Source: Candidatus Bathyarchaeota archaeon (GTDB lineage Archaea > Thermoproteota > Bathyarchaeia > Bathyarchaeales > Bathycorpusculaceae). Taken from it: a stretch of 64,000 nt of DNA. The DNA lies in NCBI GenBank assembly GCA_963775685.1, contig CAVZJV010000014.1, positions 704,001 through 768,000 on the forward strand. The letters run 5' to 3'. The translations under genes and the position numbers were made by a program. Positions within the stretch are counted from its first letter, which is position 1. Each line of letters starts with the position of its first letter. The notes under the pieces are model-generated. The model was not told the DNA's origin. It ran no database searches and saw only the letters and a list, made by a program, of their open reading frames with translations. Below are positions 52,626-62,592 of this stretch, one piece after another.

Positions 52626-52871
52626 ATGATTGAATCGGTGATTTTTGAACCCCAAGAAGTGCATGACCTTAAGCGGTTTTTTGAAGAAAACAAAAACGAG
52701 GTTCATGAAATTTGGGTAATCATAACAAAAAAGAAAGCAGCTAATCCGCAACCCGTGTCATTCATCCAAGCCTTAGAAGAGGCAAAAAAGCAAGGGCTCA
52801 TAGATAGCCGCACAAAAACCATAAACGAGAAAAAATACATGATTCGTTTCACAAAAAGAATTAAGCCATGA
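52626..52871 (+). CDS. Short protein resembling the N-terminal part of YdeI/OmpD-associated proteins
   Basis: EIWVIITKK, ALEEA...GLIDS, YMIRFTKR. Confidence 0.6.
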   Translation: MIESVIFEPQEVHDLKRFFEENKNEVHEIWVIITKKKAANPQPVSFIQALEEAKKQGLIDSRTKTINEKKYMIRFTKRIKP

Positions 52872-52955
52872 ATATTGCAAATCAAAAAATGATACTAAAT
52901 TTTTAAGTTCAACACCTTCTATTAAGGCTATAAACATCAGAAAGCTGGGTGCAAT

Positions 52956-54044
52956 TTGGACATAGAAAAGAAAATTGAGTTAATATGCAAACCCCCAACA
53001 GAAGAGGTTGTAACCGCCGAGGACCTGCGTCAACTCTTCGAAAACGAGGAGCACCCTATTGCCTACAACGGATGGGAGCCCTCTGGGCTAGCTCATCTGG
53101 GTACGGGCGTTATCTGCGCTTACAAAATGAAGGACTTCGCCGAAGCCGGCGTACATTTCAAGGCGTTTTTGGCAACATGGCACGCATGGTTGAACAACAA
53201 ACTCGGCGGCGACCGTGAATTGATCCACAAAGCCGCAGACCTCTTCAGACACTCTTGGCTCGCTCTGGGCGTTCCAGGCGACAAGGTCGAGTTCATCTAC
53301 TCTGATGAACTCTACAAAGACATCGATTACTGGGCAAAAACCGTCATAATCGCTAAAAACCTCACCCTCGCACGAACTACAAGGACTCTGGAAATCGCAG
53401 GCAGAAAAGAAGGCGAAGCCCACTATGTCTCCGACTACCTTTACACGCCCATGCAAGTCGCAGACATTTTTGAGATGAAAGTAAAGATTTGCCAGTTAGG
53501 GATGGACCAGCGAAAAGCAAACATGGTTGGCCGAGAAATCGGCGAAAAAATCGGTTGCTGGAAGCCGGTATGCGTTCATCATCATTTGCTTCAGGGTTTA
53601 GCGAAGCCTGGAATTTGGCCGATTCCCGAAGGGCAGGAACGCGAAGCCGTTGCTTCAGCGAAAATGTCTAAAAGCAAACCCGACACCTGTATCTTCATTT
53701 ACGATACGCCAGAGGAAATTAAACAAAAAATGAATAAAGCCTTCTGTCCAGATCGAACGATAAAATTCAACCCCATAATTGATATCTGCAAACACATTGT
53801 TTTCCGCGAGAAAACGGTCTTCACAATTGAGCGGCCAGCGAAATTTGGTGGAAACGTTGATTTCCAGAGCTTCCAAGAGCTCGAATCAGCCTACGCGGAG
53901 GGCAAGCTTCATCCAATGGACCTCAAAAACGGCGTTGCAGTCCAACTTGCAGACATACTTGAGCCCGTACGCCGCTACTTCGAAAACAACAAAGAAGCCA
54001 AAGACTGTTTAGAAAACGTGCGGCAAGCCAAAATTACAAGGTAA
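52956..54044 (+). CDS. tyrS: Tyrosine--tRNA ligase (archaeal type)
   Basis: YNGWEPSGLAHLG, YTPMQVADI, GMDQRKA, KMSKS, LHPMDLK. Confidence 0.93.
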   Translation: MDIEKKIELICKPPTEEVVTAEDLRQLFENEEHPIAYNGWEPSGLAHLGTGVICAYKMKDFAEAGVHFKAFLATWHAWLNNKLGGDRELIHKAADLFRHSWLALGVPGDKVEFIYSDELYKDIDYWAKTVIIAKNLTLARTTRTLEIAGRKEGEAHYVSDYLYTPMQVADIFEMKVKICQLGMDQRKANMVGREIGEKIGCWKPVCVHHHLLQGLAKPGIWPIPEGQEREAVASAKMSKSKPDTCIFIYDTPEEIKQKMNKAFCPDRTIKFNPIIDICKHIVFREKTVFTIERPAKFGGNVDFQSFQELESAYAEGKLHPMDLKNGVAVQLADILEPVRRYFENNKEAKDCLENVRQAKITR

Positions 54045-54048
54045 AAGC

Positions 54049-54465
54049 TTGTCAACGCATCTTAAAGAAAAAGTTGAGAAAATCGAGAAAACCATAGCAA
54101 ATCTTGCTGAGGAGTCAGCCAAAAGCAAGCCCATAGTTGTTGAGGGTAAAAAAGACGTAGAAACCCTCAGGGACTTAGGCGTCTCTGGAGCTATTTTTAC
54201 TCTTAAAACCGGTGGGAAAAGCTTTCTTGAAACAACTACGGAAATAGAAGAGTTAGGCGTCAGAGAAGTTGTTCTTCTGTTAGATTTTGACAAGCGCGGC
54301 AAAGAGGGCACCAAACGTCTGCAGCAGGATCTAGAAAGGGCAAAAGTAAAGGTGAATGTGGGATTCTGGCATGAACTTCACGGGTTGGTTGGGCGAGAAG
54401 TTCAGTGTATTGAAAGTTTGACTAGTTATCTTAAAACGCTCCACGAAAAAGTTCGAGAAGGATGA
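54049..54465 (+). CDS. Small TOPRIM-domain protein
   Basis: IVVEGKKD and LLDFDKRG TOPRIM motifs. Confidence 0.88.
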   Translation: MSTHLKEKVEKIEKTIANLAEESAKSKPIVVEGKKDVETLRDLGVSGAIFTLKTGGKSFLETTTEIEELGVREVVLLLDFDKRGKEGTKRLQQDLERAKVKVNVGFWHELHGLVGREVQCIESLTSYLKTLHEKVREG

Positions 54466-54910
54466 AAACAGGACAGTCTTACTCTTAAAAGTCTATAATT
54501 TTCGTCGAAGTTCAAGTTCTATACCAGTTTTTAGTTTTCGAAAATTGTGATTTACTAGACCACTTTCCCCTTTTAGTTAAACTATAGTTGAAGGGACAAT
54601 CCAGAAAAGTCGTCTTAGAAAAAACTCATCCATGGGTATCGGCTAAGTCCCCACAAAATTACTTTCAGAAAAAGGCGCCATACTTGTTTTTTTTTGCCCA
54701 ATCAAAACGGAAACTTTCCGAACTTTCAAAGCAGCATTCTGTCGCGATCAAGAGTTGTTGCTGATGCTCTCTTTGTGGAAGATGCCTACTGAGATAGTGA
54801 GGCATCACTGGATGAAGAGGTGTCAGATTCTTAATATTCTAAATCAAGCTTTTGTTTCCTTTCTTAGGTATGTTTAAAGCTTGCATTTGATTTTTTATTA
54901 TTGACGATTC

Positions 54911-55582
54911 ATGGAAAAACCTAAACGGTTTAGCAAAGTAATTGCAGTTTTTCTCATAGGTACGCTTCTTGCGTTGCTTGGTTTGGTGATTTATTATTCT
55001 CAAAACCCACCGATACCCCAAAACCTTTACCCTGGAGAAGTCAGAGATTACCAAGGAGAAAACCTCTCATCGATTGCTAATGTCATAGAGAACGCAATCA
55101 AAGGAACCCAGCACATCAACACTTCAACCTACCGGCTGGAAATCACAGGTTTAGTAAACAAAACCGTTGAGTACACATACGACCAGGTTATCAATAGTTT
55201 CCAGAAATACCAAAAAGTCGTAACCCTTTATTGCGTGGAGGGTTGGTCGGCGAAGATATTGTGGGAAGGCTTCTTAGTTGAAGATTTGCTAAAGGAAGCT
55301 GGCGTCAACTCATCAGCGGTTGGCGTAATCTTTTATGCCTCTGACGGCTACTCCACTGAGCTTCCTCTCGATTACATGACAAACCATAGCATCATCATAG
55401 CTTACAAGATGAATGGGCTGGTGATTCCGCCAGAAAGGGGCTTCCCTTTCCAGTTGGTTTCTGAAAGCCAGTATGGCTACAAATGGATAAAATGGATAAC
55501 AAGAATCGAGTTAACTGATAACCCAGATTACTTAGGTTACTGGGAAAGCAGAGGTTACCCCAATAATGCAACACTCAGATAA
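54911..55582 (+). CDS. Membrane-anchored molybdopterin-dependent oxidoreductase (sulfite oxidase fold, MsrP/YuiH-like)
   Basis: N-terminal TM, LYCVEGWS, DGYST, GFPFQLV, YGYKWIKWI, GYWESRGY. Confidence 0.88.
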   Translation: MEKPKRFSKVIAVFLIGTLLALLGLVIYYSQNPPIPQNLYPGEVRDYQGENLSSIANVIENAIKGTQHINTSTYRLEITGLVNKTVEYTYDQVINSFQKYQKVVTLYCVEGWSAKILWEGFLVEDLLKEAGVNSSAVGVIFYASDGYSTELPLDYMTNHSIIIAYKMNGLVIPPERGFPFQLVSESQYGYKWIKWITRIELTDNPDYLGYWESRGYPNNATLR

Positions 55583-55584
55583 TC

Positions 55585-55981
55585 TAAGCCAAATATTTCT
55601 GTCTAATCTGGCTAGAACATAAGTAAACAATAATCAACACACTGTACGTTATCTCTCCAAACCCCGCAAACTTGGGTATCCCTGGAATGCTCGGTAAGTT
55701 CAGGAGTGTCAAAGAATCCGCTGCAATGACAAACAAAGAAACCGTGACCGTGCCTATCCATCCTTCCCTTTTACCTCCAAATTGGCGAAAACCATAACCA
55801 ACAAGCCGAAACTGAACGTATAGACATCATAGACTATAGTTGGATGGATAGAAGAGAAGTTTTCAAAAACCAGAAGCATCAGACCGAAGAAGACGTGGAT
55901 AGCGCCGATGAGAAGCTGCGCAACTATTAAAGCTACAATCCCAAGGCTTCTTCCTTTGTATGTAGGGATAGGTTTAGTCAT
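55585..55981 (-). pseudogene. Multi-TM hypothetical membrane protein, frameshifted near 55775
   Basis: ORF 55754-55987 continues in a shifted frame as GKREGWIGTVTVSLFVIAADSLTLLNLPSIPGIPKFAGFGEITYS; ends approximate. Confidence 0.6.
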
Positions 55982-56524
55982 TCGCAATCGCCATGTTTAC
56001 TATTTTGACCGAAGAACACAAATAACTTTCCCCACTAAACCATCTATGAAGATCTTTTTGTTAGCGAAAATGAAGCGGAGAGCTCTTTTGACAACGCTTT
56101 TGGCACTTTATGTTTTGTTTACGGCACAGTTTATTGTTAGCAAAACCAATAACATCTTATTTACTCCTCCGTTGACAACTTTTCTTCAAAATAAAAACGT
56201 TTTTGTCGATGCCTGATTTTGTTTAGCAACAGAACACACATTGGTCTTTACAAGCCACAGTCTCATTGACAAAGGCATAATTGCCTTTTTAATTGTAACT
56301 TTGGCGCTTAATATCCACAAAAGAAACACTCACAGAGGTTTTATCTGTCCTCGGATTGATTGCGAGTCCTGTTTGATTTTGTATGTGGCTTACGTTTTGC
56401 GACTTCTAATTTTAGTGTTTGACTCGATTTCACTTTCAGATACCCAGAGGATTCGTGTCGGCAGTCATTCTTTACTTTGAAATGGCTATATTGATGTACC
56501 ACGACACATTACGGTAAGGGCAGG

Positions 56525-57490
56525 CTAACCAGAATCAAGCCTTTTTGAAGTGAGCCATTTTTTTCTCCACAACCAAATAAACGGCAAAACGATAGACACC
56601 AATATTGCGCCACTGACTATGGCGATGTTTGTGTTACCGAACTGTGAAATCCCAAAAAAAGTGGCAACAGTGTTTGGGAAGGAAGTAATCGTTGTAACAA
56701 TTGTTAAGTAAAATATTACAACGGTTAAGGCCTTTATTGAAAGGTTGATTTTGTTAGAGATTGCTGATAAGTGCACGTTTATGGCGTCTGAAAGGATTTC
56801 TCGATAAGTTTCCACGATGTCTACTTGTCTTGTTAATTCCTCATGAGTTGTGTCAAATAACGCTCGGGCTTTTGCATCTATACAGTTGGCGTTGCATTTT
56901 TTTATGTTAAAAACCAATCCGCGTTCATACCATAGAATCTTGTTAAAACTTATCATGTTGGATTTTAGCCTAAAAATTTTCTTCAGCGTATCCGGAGATG
57001 TTTTCTCAACAACTTCTTCCTCCATCTTCGCTGTTAGGTTTTCTAACTTTTCAATTTGAGTGTAATGGTTGGCGACGATTTCATCGATAATGAAGTAAGT
57101 TACTATTGAGGATGGGTCTATTTTGGTTCTGCTCATTCTTTCTTTAGCTGTATTGATGATTGGCTGGATTTCCTTTTTAGCCACGGTTATGAGAAAGTTT
57201 TTGGAGACAACCATGATAGCTGGGTAGGCTTTTTTTGTCGATAAAACATCCTGCAATACAAGAAAATTGATTATTACGTAGCTTTGTTCTAAGCGTAAAT
57301 TGACAATCCCATTTGTTTTGGAGAGCCTCAAAAAGTTAACCGACACCTGCGTTGCATCAGAGATTGCTTGTAACTCGTTTTCGGTTGGGTCAACAAGTTC
57401 AAGCCAAATATTCGTGAGATTTAATGCTTCCACCTGTTTAGCTTCAACGTTGCTTTCCGACTTGTTTCCCAAGTAGACGGCGCGAATCAT
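56525..57490 (-). CDS. CorA-family divalent cation transporter
   Basis: WLELVDPTENE, long helical stalk, SNKINLSIKALTVV, two C-terminal TMs, WRKKW; loop reads FGIS. Confidence 0.85.
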   Translation of the reverse strand: MIRAVYLGNKSESNVEAKQVEALNLTNIWLELVDPTENELQAISDATQVSVNFLRLSKTNGIVNLRLEQSYVIINFLVLQDVLSTKKAYPAIMVVSKNFLITVAKKEIQPIINTAKERMSRTKIDPSSIVTYFIIDEIVANHYTQIEKLENLTAKMEEEVVEKTSPDTLKKIFRLKSNMISFNKILWYERGLVFNIKKCNANCIDAKARALFDTTHEELTRQVDIVETYREILSDAINVHLSAISNKINLSIKALTVVIFYLTIVTTITSFPNTVATFFGISQFGNTNIAIVSGAILVSIVLPFIWLWRKKWLTSKRLDSG

Positions 57491-57517
57491 ATAGTAATCA
57501 AGCTGTTGAATGCAATA

Positions 57518-57892
57518 TTAGATTTTTGGCTTAGCGTCTGAAGCTGGTGGTTGCTTCTTTTTGTCAATCTGTAACGATAGCATTTCCACGAATTGGCCAA
57601 TGCGGTCTCTTGTTCTGCCAAAATCAATAACTGAGGTTATGGTGGTTACCGGAGTTTCAGCGTTTATGAACATGCGTGTAGTTTTCTCGTCTATCGCTGC
57701 TACCTCAACGTAGAAAGTTGAACCATAAGCCATGAAACCACCCTTTGTTTTTACTTTAGCTTTGTGGGCAGCGTCGTCTTTTTCTTCGATTGCCCACTCC
57801 AAAATCTTGACGACTTCGGGGATAGTTTCCCAAATTTCTTCCAGTGGATAATCTATTTCGAATTTTTCATTCTCGTTGCGCATATAGGCCAT
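57518..57892 (-). CDS. Hypothetical protein
   Basis: 124-aa ORF with protein-like composition, co-oriented with neighbours. Confidence 0.6.
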   Translation of the reverse strand: MAYMRNENEKFEIDYPLEEIWETIPEVVKILEWAIEEKDDAAHKAKVKTKGGFMAYGSTFYVEVAAIDEKTTRMFINAETPVTTITSVIDFGRTRDRIGQFVEMLSLQIDKKKQPPASDAKPKI

Positions 57893-57949
57893 ATTTTGTC
57901 ACTAATGTTTTGTTTGGGTCATACTTAACTTTTCATACAATACGAAAGA

Positions 57950-58732
57950 TCAAGCTACTTTACGCTTTAATTTTTTGATTATTAACGTAACAACTAAAAT
58001 AATCATAATGGAGACTGTGGCAATTTCAGTGGTGGTTAAAATGTTTGCATTCATACTTTGTTTAGTCGCTATGCCAGCAAGCGCCCAAACAATAACTAAA
58101 CTATAGCCAATGTCCCGTCGAGCTAATATAACCATTAAGGTGACTGCTAAAGCGATAACCAAGGCTATAATCGTCCATGTTTCAGCACTCAAACCAAACC
58201 CATCCCAGCCTATCGACACCAAAGCTGCCGCCACATTAGCGATTGAGGCAACCGAAATCCAGCCCAGATAAACGCTGAATGGCAGCTGAACACATAACTT
58301 CTCAGCTATTGAAGCTCTGGATTTCCCAATGCCTAAACGAATATAGACCGCAATAAGTGTTGCCAGAAGGCCAAGCATCAAAACTACTGATACAGTAATG
58401 TAGTCGTATTGCCAAAAGAAAAGCCAAGCAACGTTGAATATGCTGCTCAGAATAAAGAGTACGCCGATTTGCCGTTGGAATGGCTTGTCTTGTTGCTTTG
58501 GCAAAAGGTGATATAAAACAAAGGCCAAAAGCAGTGCATAGATTATTCCCCAGATGGCAAAAACATAACCTGCCGGAGTAATGGGGCTTGAATACAAGTC
58601 AGAAACTTGGGCGGTTGATCTGCCATTGAGCAGGGTTGTGCCGGCTAAGCCGTTAACTGCAAGAGTAACGATAAATGCCGCGAGGTTTCCAAAGCGAATT
58701 AAATTAATGCTTCTTTTGAGCAACCCCTTCAC
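57950..58732 (-). CDS. TspO/MBR-like tryptophan-rich membrane protein
   Basis: ITPAGYVFAIWGIIY, FNVAWLFFW, PFSVYLGWISVA, VIVWALAGI. Confidence 0.8.
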   Translation of the reverse strand: MKGLLKRSINLIRFGNLAAFIVTLAVNGLAGTTLLNGRSTAQVSDLYSSPITPAGYVFAIWGIIYALLLAFVLYHLLPKQQDKPFQRQIGVLFILSSIFNVAWLFFWQYDYITVSVVLMLGLLATLIAVYIRLGIGKSRASIAEKLCVQLPFSVYLGWISVASIANVAAALVSIGWDGFGLSAETWTIIALVIALAVTLMVILARRDIGYSLVIVWALAGIATKQSMNANILTTTEIATVSIMIILVVTLIIKKLKRKVA

Positions 58733-58791
58733 CTAACAATAGATTATTCGCTGATTGGAATAAAGATTATGCTGAAAGTTCGAATTTGAAA

Positions 58792-59253
58792 TTAATCCCT
58801 CCCTTGAATGAGAGGGTAGCTGCCCAGCAACGCCGTATTAACCATCAAATAAAGCACGAAACCCGCTATTAATGTGGCAAGCCACATGACCGTAACCACC
58901 GTCATGATGCGTTTGTTGAGTTTGCCATATCACCACAGTTTCGCTGGTTGCATAAGCAGTGTTGGCAAAAGCCAAGTGCCCAGCACCCAAAAGCTCGAAA
59001 GCATTGTTAAGCCCCCGCAGTCACATGTACCATTCCTAGGTTGACAAACCGCTGGCGCCGCCTTCACCAACGTTATCCCAGGCAGGAGCCGTAATCGCAA
59101 AAAAGGAGACGAGGTTTAAACCCACGGCAGCCAGCATCAACCTTGCGTGTGCCTTAATCTTGCGTTTGGTTCAACCACTAAGCCAACTGTAAGAAAAATA
59201 AAAATGAACACTTGCAAAATTAAGTCAATTTGAGCCGCAAAAAAAGAAACCAT
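58792..59253 (-). pseudogene. DUF420-like membrane protein, disrupted
   Basis: Manual translation AQIDLILQVFIF...KIKAHARLMLAAVGLNLVSF...HVTAGG...LW*YGKLNKRIM; one frameshift and one TGA. Confidence 0.6.
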
Positions 59254-59302
59254 ATTAACCAAAAGAAGAAAGATCATTTTTTCTATTAAGCTTTGTTATG
59301 CA

Positions 59303-59674
59303 TTATTTGAGGGATTCTTTTAGCGCTGAAAAGTATGACAGTACCTGTTGAATCTGTTCTTGTGCCATGCCAAGGATTACTTGGACTGCCGCTTTTTTTG
59401 GTGTCGTCGATAGAGTTGCTAATGCGTAGTCGAGGTTGGTGAAGAGTGGTTCCCAAGGAATGTTTACTCTTTTGCCTTTGAAGTTGTAGAGGGCAAGGAC
59501 AAATGCGCTGGCTCGGCTCAAGCTATCTTTGAAAGATTGGATGCTTTGACCGATGACTGCGACGTCATAGTCTTTTCCTGCCATAAAGCCCGCCATTACT
59601 TTGTAGTTTTGCTCTAAATTTTGGATTTCAGCAAGAAGGTCTTGCTTGATTTTTGTTTCTGTGTCATTTTGCAT
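59303..59674 (-). CDS. Hypothetical helical protein
   Basis: 123-aa ORF with GGGATG RBS. Confidence 0.6.
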   Translation of the reverse strand: MQNDTETKIKQDLLAEIQNLEQNYKVMAGFMAGKDYDVAVIGQSIQSFKDSLSRASAFVLALYNFKGKRVNIPWEPLFTNLDYALATLSTTPKKAAVQVILGMAQEQIQQVLSYFSALKESLK

Positions 59675-59897
59675 TGGTCATCCCTTTTTGGTATGTTCCA
59701 ATCAGATACATAAGAGTTTTTCATTTATTATATTTACACCTCTTGGAAGTTTTGTTTGCGCAGCTGGGTCATTTAAACAACTTCAACATCAGCCAAAGCA
59801 TCTGCAATAGATGAAACTGCTCAGACTTAGGAAGAAGCTTTAGGTGGAGCGGAATTGAAATAAAGTTTGCCCCTATAAAATGAGAATAGAACTCATT

Positions 59898-61319
59898 CTA
59901 CCTTTTTTTCTTAAATACTTTTTTAACAAGCTGCAGTTTGTAGCGGCCAAACCAAATTAGCCCTGAGAAGGCAACCCCGAACCCTAGGTACTGCAACCCC
60001 ATCAAAAGACTACTTTCACTAATAGGGGTAGAGTTAAAAAGGGAGTAGCCAAAGTTAACGTTTGGTTCTACCCTGAAAAGCAGATAATCCCATCTGGAAA
60101 ACAAATGGTCATAATTCATGCTATATAATATTGTTGCTGCGACCAAAACAATCCCTGCAAAAGCGATTAGATAGAAAAGTATCTTTGTTGGTTTAGATTT
60201 TATTTTGTTTAAACTAAAAAGCGAAATACTCTTAGTTACTAAAGACCCGACCAAGAAGCAGAAGAAGGGCAAGGCTTGATAATCGTATTTTATCGCGTTA
60301 AGGTACGGAGCTTTTAAGTCCAGAGTTGCACCCAAAAAAGTGTTCACGCCAACAACACATATTATGGTGGCTAAGCAGATTGCGTCGAAAGCCAAAAACC
60401 TATGGAAAAAACTTCTCAGCACAAAACAAACAATCAACGACAAAACGACTGCATCAATAAAAAACCAGCCTAAACCATAGCTTACCAAAAAGTTGCTGAC
60501 AAAAAAGTATGATGGGACTATGCTAGATGGTTCATGGATTACAAAGTCTGCATGGGTAAAAATCGAGATTAAGCCTATTCCTGTAATTGTTTGATACCAC
60601 AAATAAGAGGAAATGAACACTGGCAAGGAAAATACTGTCAACCAAATTGCTGTACGCTTTAGATTTATTGTTCTGCAGTAGAATAAGTAAGCTAATAATG
60701 GAACAAGGATAAAGACCGCATAAAGTTTTGTATTGAAGGCCGCGGCGAAAATAATTGCTGAAGCGATAAAAAACTTGAACGAACATCTATGAATTGCAAG
60801 TATGCCTATCAGCAAGGAAAGGAAACTGAAGAACAGACAAACGGCGTCGATTAAGAATGCCCGGGATAGGATTATGTGCCATGGGTTGAAAGCGAAGAGC
60901 ACCGATGCAAAAAATCCTGTTGTTTTGTTATACCATGTCTTGCCAATAAGGTAAATTAAGAAGATGGATCCAAGCCCAAAAAGAGAGACCAGGAAGGTAC
61001 CATTGTTAATCGATGCACCAAAGGCGGTTAGAAAGCCTGCTTGAATGTAAAAACCCACTGGCGGTTGGTTAATTAAGTAAGAACTGTTCGCGTAAGGTAA
61101 ACCATATTTTGTTACACCTGAAACAGCGTCGTATTCCCACGCTGTATCCCCGTTGTGGTAGGGTCCAAATGAAAATGCAACAAGCAAAAAACCAACTAAA
61201 ATGCTTATAATGGAATAATTTTCGCTGCAAAATTTTTTAAGGCTGGCTTTGTTTAAGGGGTGTCTGCTGGAGATTTTTGTTTGTACCCCTTGGGAGATTA
61301 GTGTTTTGGGTATTAACAA
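59898..61319 (-). CDS. GT-C fold membrane glycosyltransferase (PMT/ArnT-like)
   Basis: GDTAWEY, NQPP, FNPWHIILSRAFLID, FNTKLY; many TMs. Confidence 0.8.
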   Translation of the reverse strand: MLIPKTLISQGVQTKISSRHPLNKASLKKFCSENYSIISILVGFLLVAFSFGPYHNGDTAWEYDAVSGVTKYGLPYANSSYLINQPPVGFYIQAGFLTAFGASINNGTFLVSLFGLGSIFLIYLIGKTWYNKTTGFFASVLFAFNPWHIILSRAFLIDAVCLFFSFLSLLIGILAIHRCSFKFFIASAIIFAAAFNTKLYAVFILVPLLAYLFYCRTINLKRTAIWLTVFSLPVFISSYLWYQTITGIGLISIFTHADFVIHEPSSIVPSYFFVSNFLVSYGLGWFFIDAVVLSLIVCFVLRSFFHRFLAFDAICLATIICVVGVNTFLGATLDLKAPYLNAIKYDYQALPFFCFLVGSLVTKSISLFSLNKIKSKPTKILFYLIAFAGIVLVAATILYSMNYDHLFSRWDYLLFRVEPNVNFGYSLFNSTPISESSLLMGLQYLGFGVAFSGLIWFGRYKLQLVKKVFKKKR

Positions 61320-61398
61320 ATTGCAGCAGGTTTCCTAGAATGTCCTTTTATCGCTTTTTAGAAATAAATTTTTGCCTAGTTACATTTAGTAGTGAGGT

Positions 61399-62505
61399 TT
61401 AACCGATTAGTCTCTTCATGTAAGGTATCTTTTTCAGGGGTACAATTATGGCTAGGCAAATTAGCAGGGTGACTGCCGTTATAATTGGAACTTCCATTAT
61501 CGGATTTATGGTTGTAACACTTATCTTAAAACCTAAATATCCATTCTGAAGCACCTCAAGGACAATCACATGGAACAGGTAAATCGGAAGGCTGTTTTGG
61601 CTGATAACCTTGAGCACTCGGCTACCGCGAGGAAGCCTTGTCTCTATTGTTTGGTTAGGGATAACGGCTAAAAGCAGGAAAAGAGCGACAGACGCGATTA
61701 TGACGCTAAAGCTTGACGCATCCAAGAAGAATTGGCTGTATGCCTCGCCTAACGTGCCTACCAAAAAGTAAGTGCCAATTATTGTACAAACGGTACCCAG
61801 TATGAGGCCTAAATAGAGAAGTGAACGGCGGAATTGCAGGCGGGCAGAGTATGCACCTAAGATAAAGTAGCCGATTAATCCTGTGAAGACAAAGACTGCG
61901 TCTCTGAACCAAATTGTCTGGGGGCTGATGGTTGCCGACAGCGTAAAAAGGGAAACTACTCCTGTGCCCACGAACCATAAGACAAGGAAGTACCGTATGA
62001 TTCTCCAGTCTGCATGAGCCACAATAACGCGGACAAGCGGCGTAATCAAGTATAAACCAACCAAAACGTACACGTACCAAAAGTGAACGTAGGGTCCCGC
62101 AAGGATCCCTTGTTCAATAGAAGTAATTGTTAAAGCTTGCCCCTTAACCGTGAAATCCCACACAAAAAATACTGTAGCCCAAAATAGCACTGGAATGCCT
62201 ACGCGGTTCCAACGTTTCTTGAAGAAAAACCTGAGAGGCTCATCAACCTTGCTTGGTTGAAGGAGAAGAGCACCTGTCAACATGATAAATAGCGGAACAG
62301 CTGTTCTTGCTATTGAATCGTAGACGTTTGAGGTCCACCAGAGCTGCAGTCCTTGGGGCGACATAATGTCGAGGTTTGGGATAGCTTCTATTGAGGCATG
62401 AAGCAAAATAACTAGTATAATAGCTACCGTACGTATGAGGTCAACTGGAAGAGCAATGCCTTCAGTCTTTGGTTGCACTTCTGGTTCCCTAAACATCTTA
62501 CACAT
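61399..62505 (-). CDS. Acyltransferase family 3 (AT3) membrane O-acyltransferase
   Basis: DLIRTVAIILVILLH, AVPLFIMLTG, HFWYVY, GYFILG, SLPIYLFH. Confidence 0.9.
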   Translation of the reverse strand: MCKMFREPEVQPKTEGIALPVDLIRTVAIILVILLHASIEAIPNLDIMSPQGLQLWWTSNVYDSIARTAVPLFIMLTGALLLQPSKVDEPLRFFFKKRWNRVGIPVLFWATVFFVWDFTVKGQALTITSIEQGILAGPYVHFWYVYVLVGLYLITPLVRVIVAHADWRIIRYFLVLWFVGTGVVSLFTLSATISPQTIWFRDAVFVFTGLIGYFILGAYSARLQFRRSLLYLGLILGTVCTIIGTYFLVGTLGEAYSQFFLDASSFSVIIASVALFLLLAVIPNQTIETRLPRGSRVLKVISQNSLPIYLFHVIVLEVLQNGYLGFKISVTTINPIMEVPIITAVTLLICLAIIVPLKKIPYMKRLIG

Positions 62506-62592
62506 AGTTATTGTTTGTTTTGATATTAATAATTTGCATAATTAGCTAAAAAATAGTAAAACATCTGGAAAGAGGATTATTTGCAAAAACGC

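Noticed and set aside
55990-56520. ORFs 55908-56216 and 56241-56480 and Cys-containing minus-strand fragments
   Set aside because: No recognisable motifs or consistent reading frame; cannot support a gene or RNA call
42053-58935. In-frame stops (TAA 42053, TGA ~43729, TAG 48020, TAA 51621, TGA ~58930) as possible recoding (Sec/Pyl or alternative code)
   Set aside because: All three stop types occur, usually alongside frameshifts, and all three also terminate intact genes; decay or sequence error fits better
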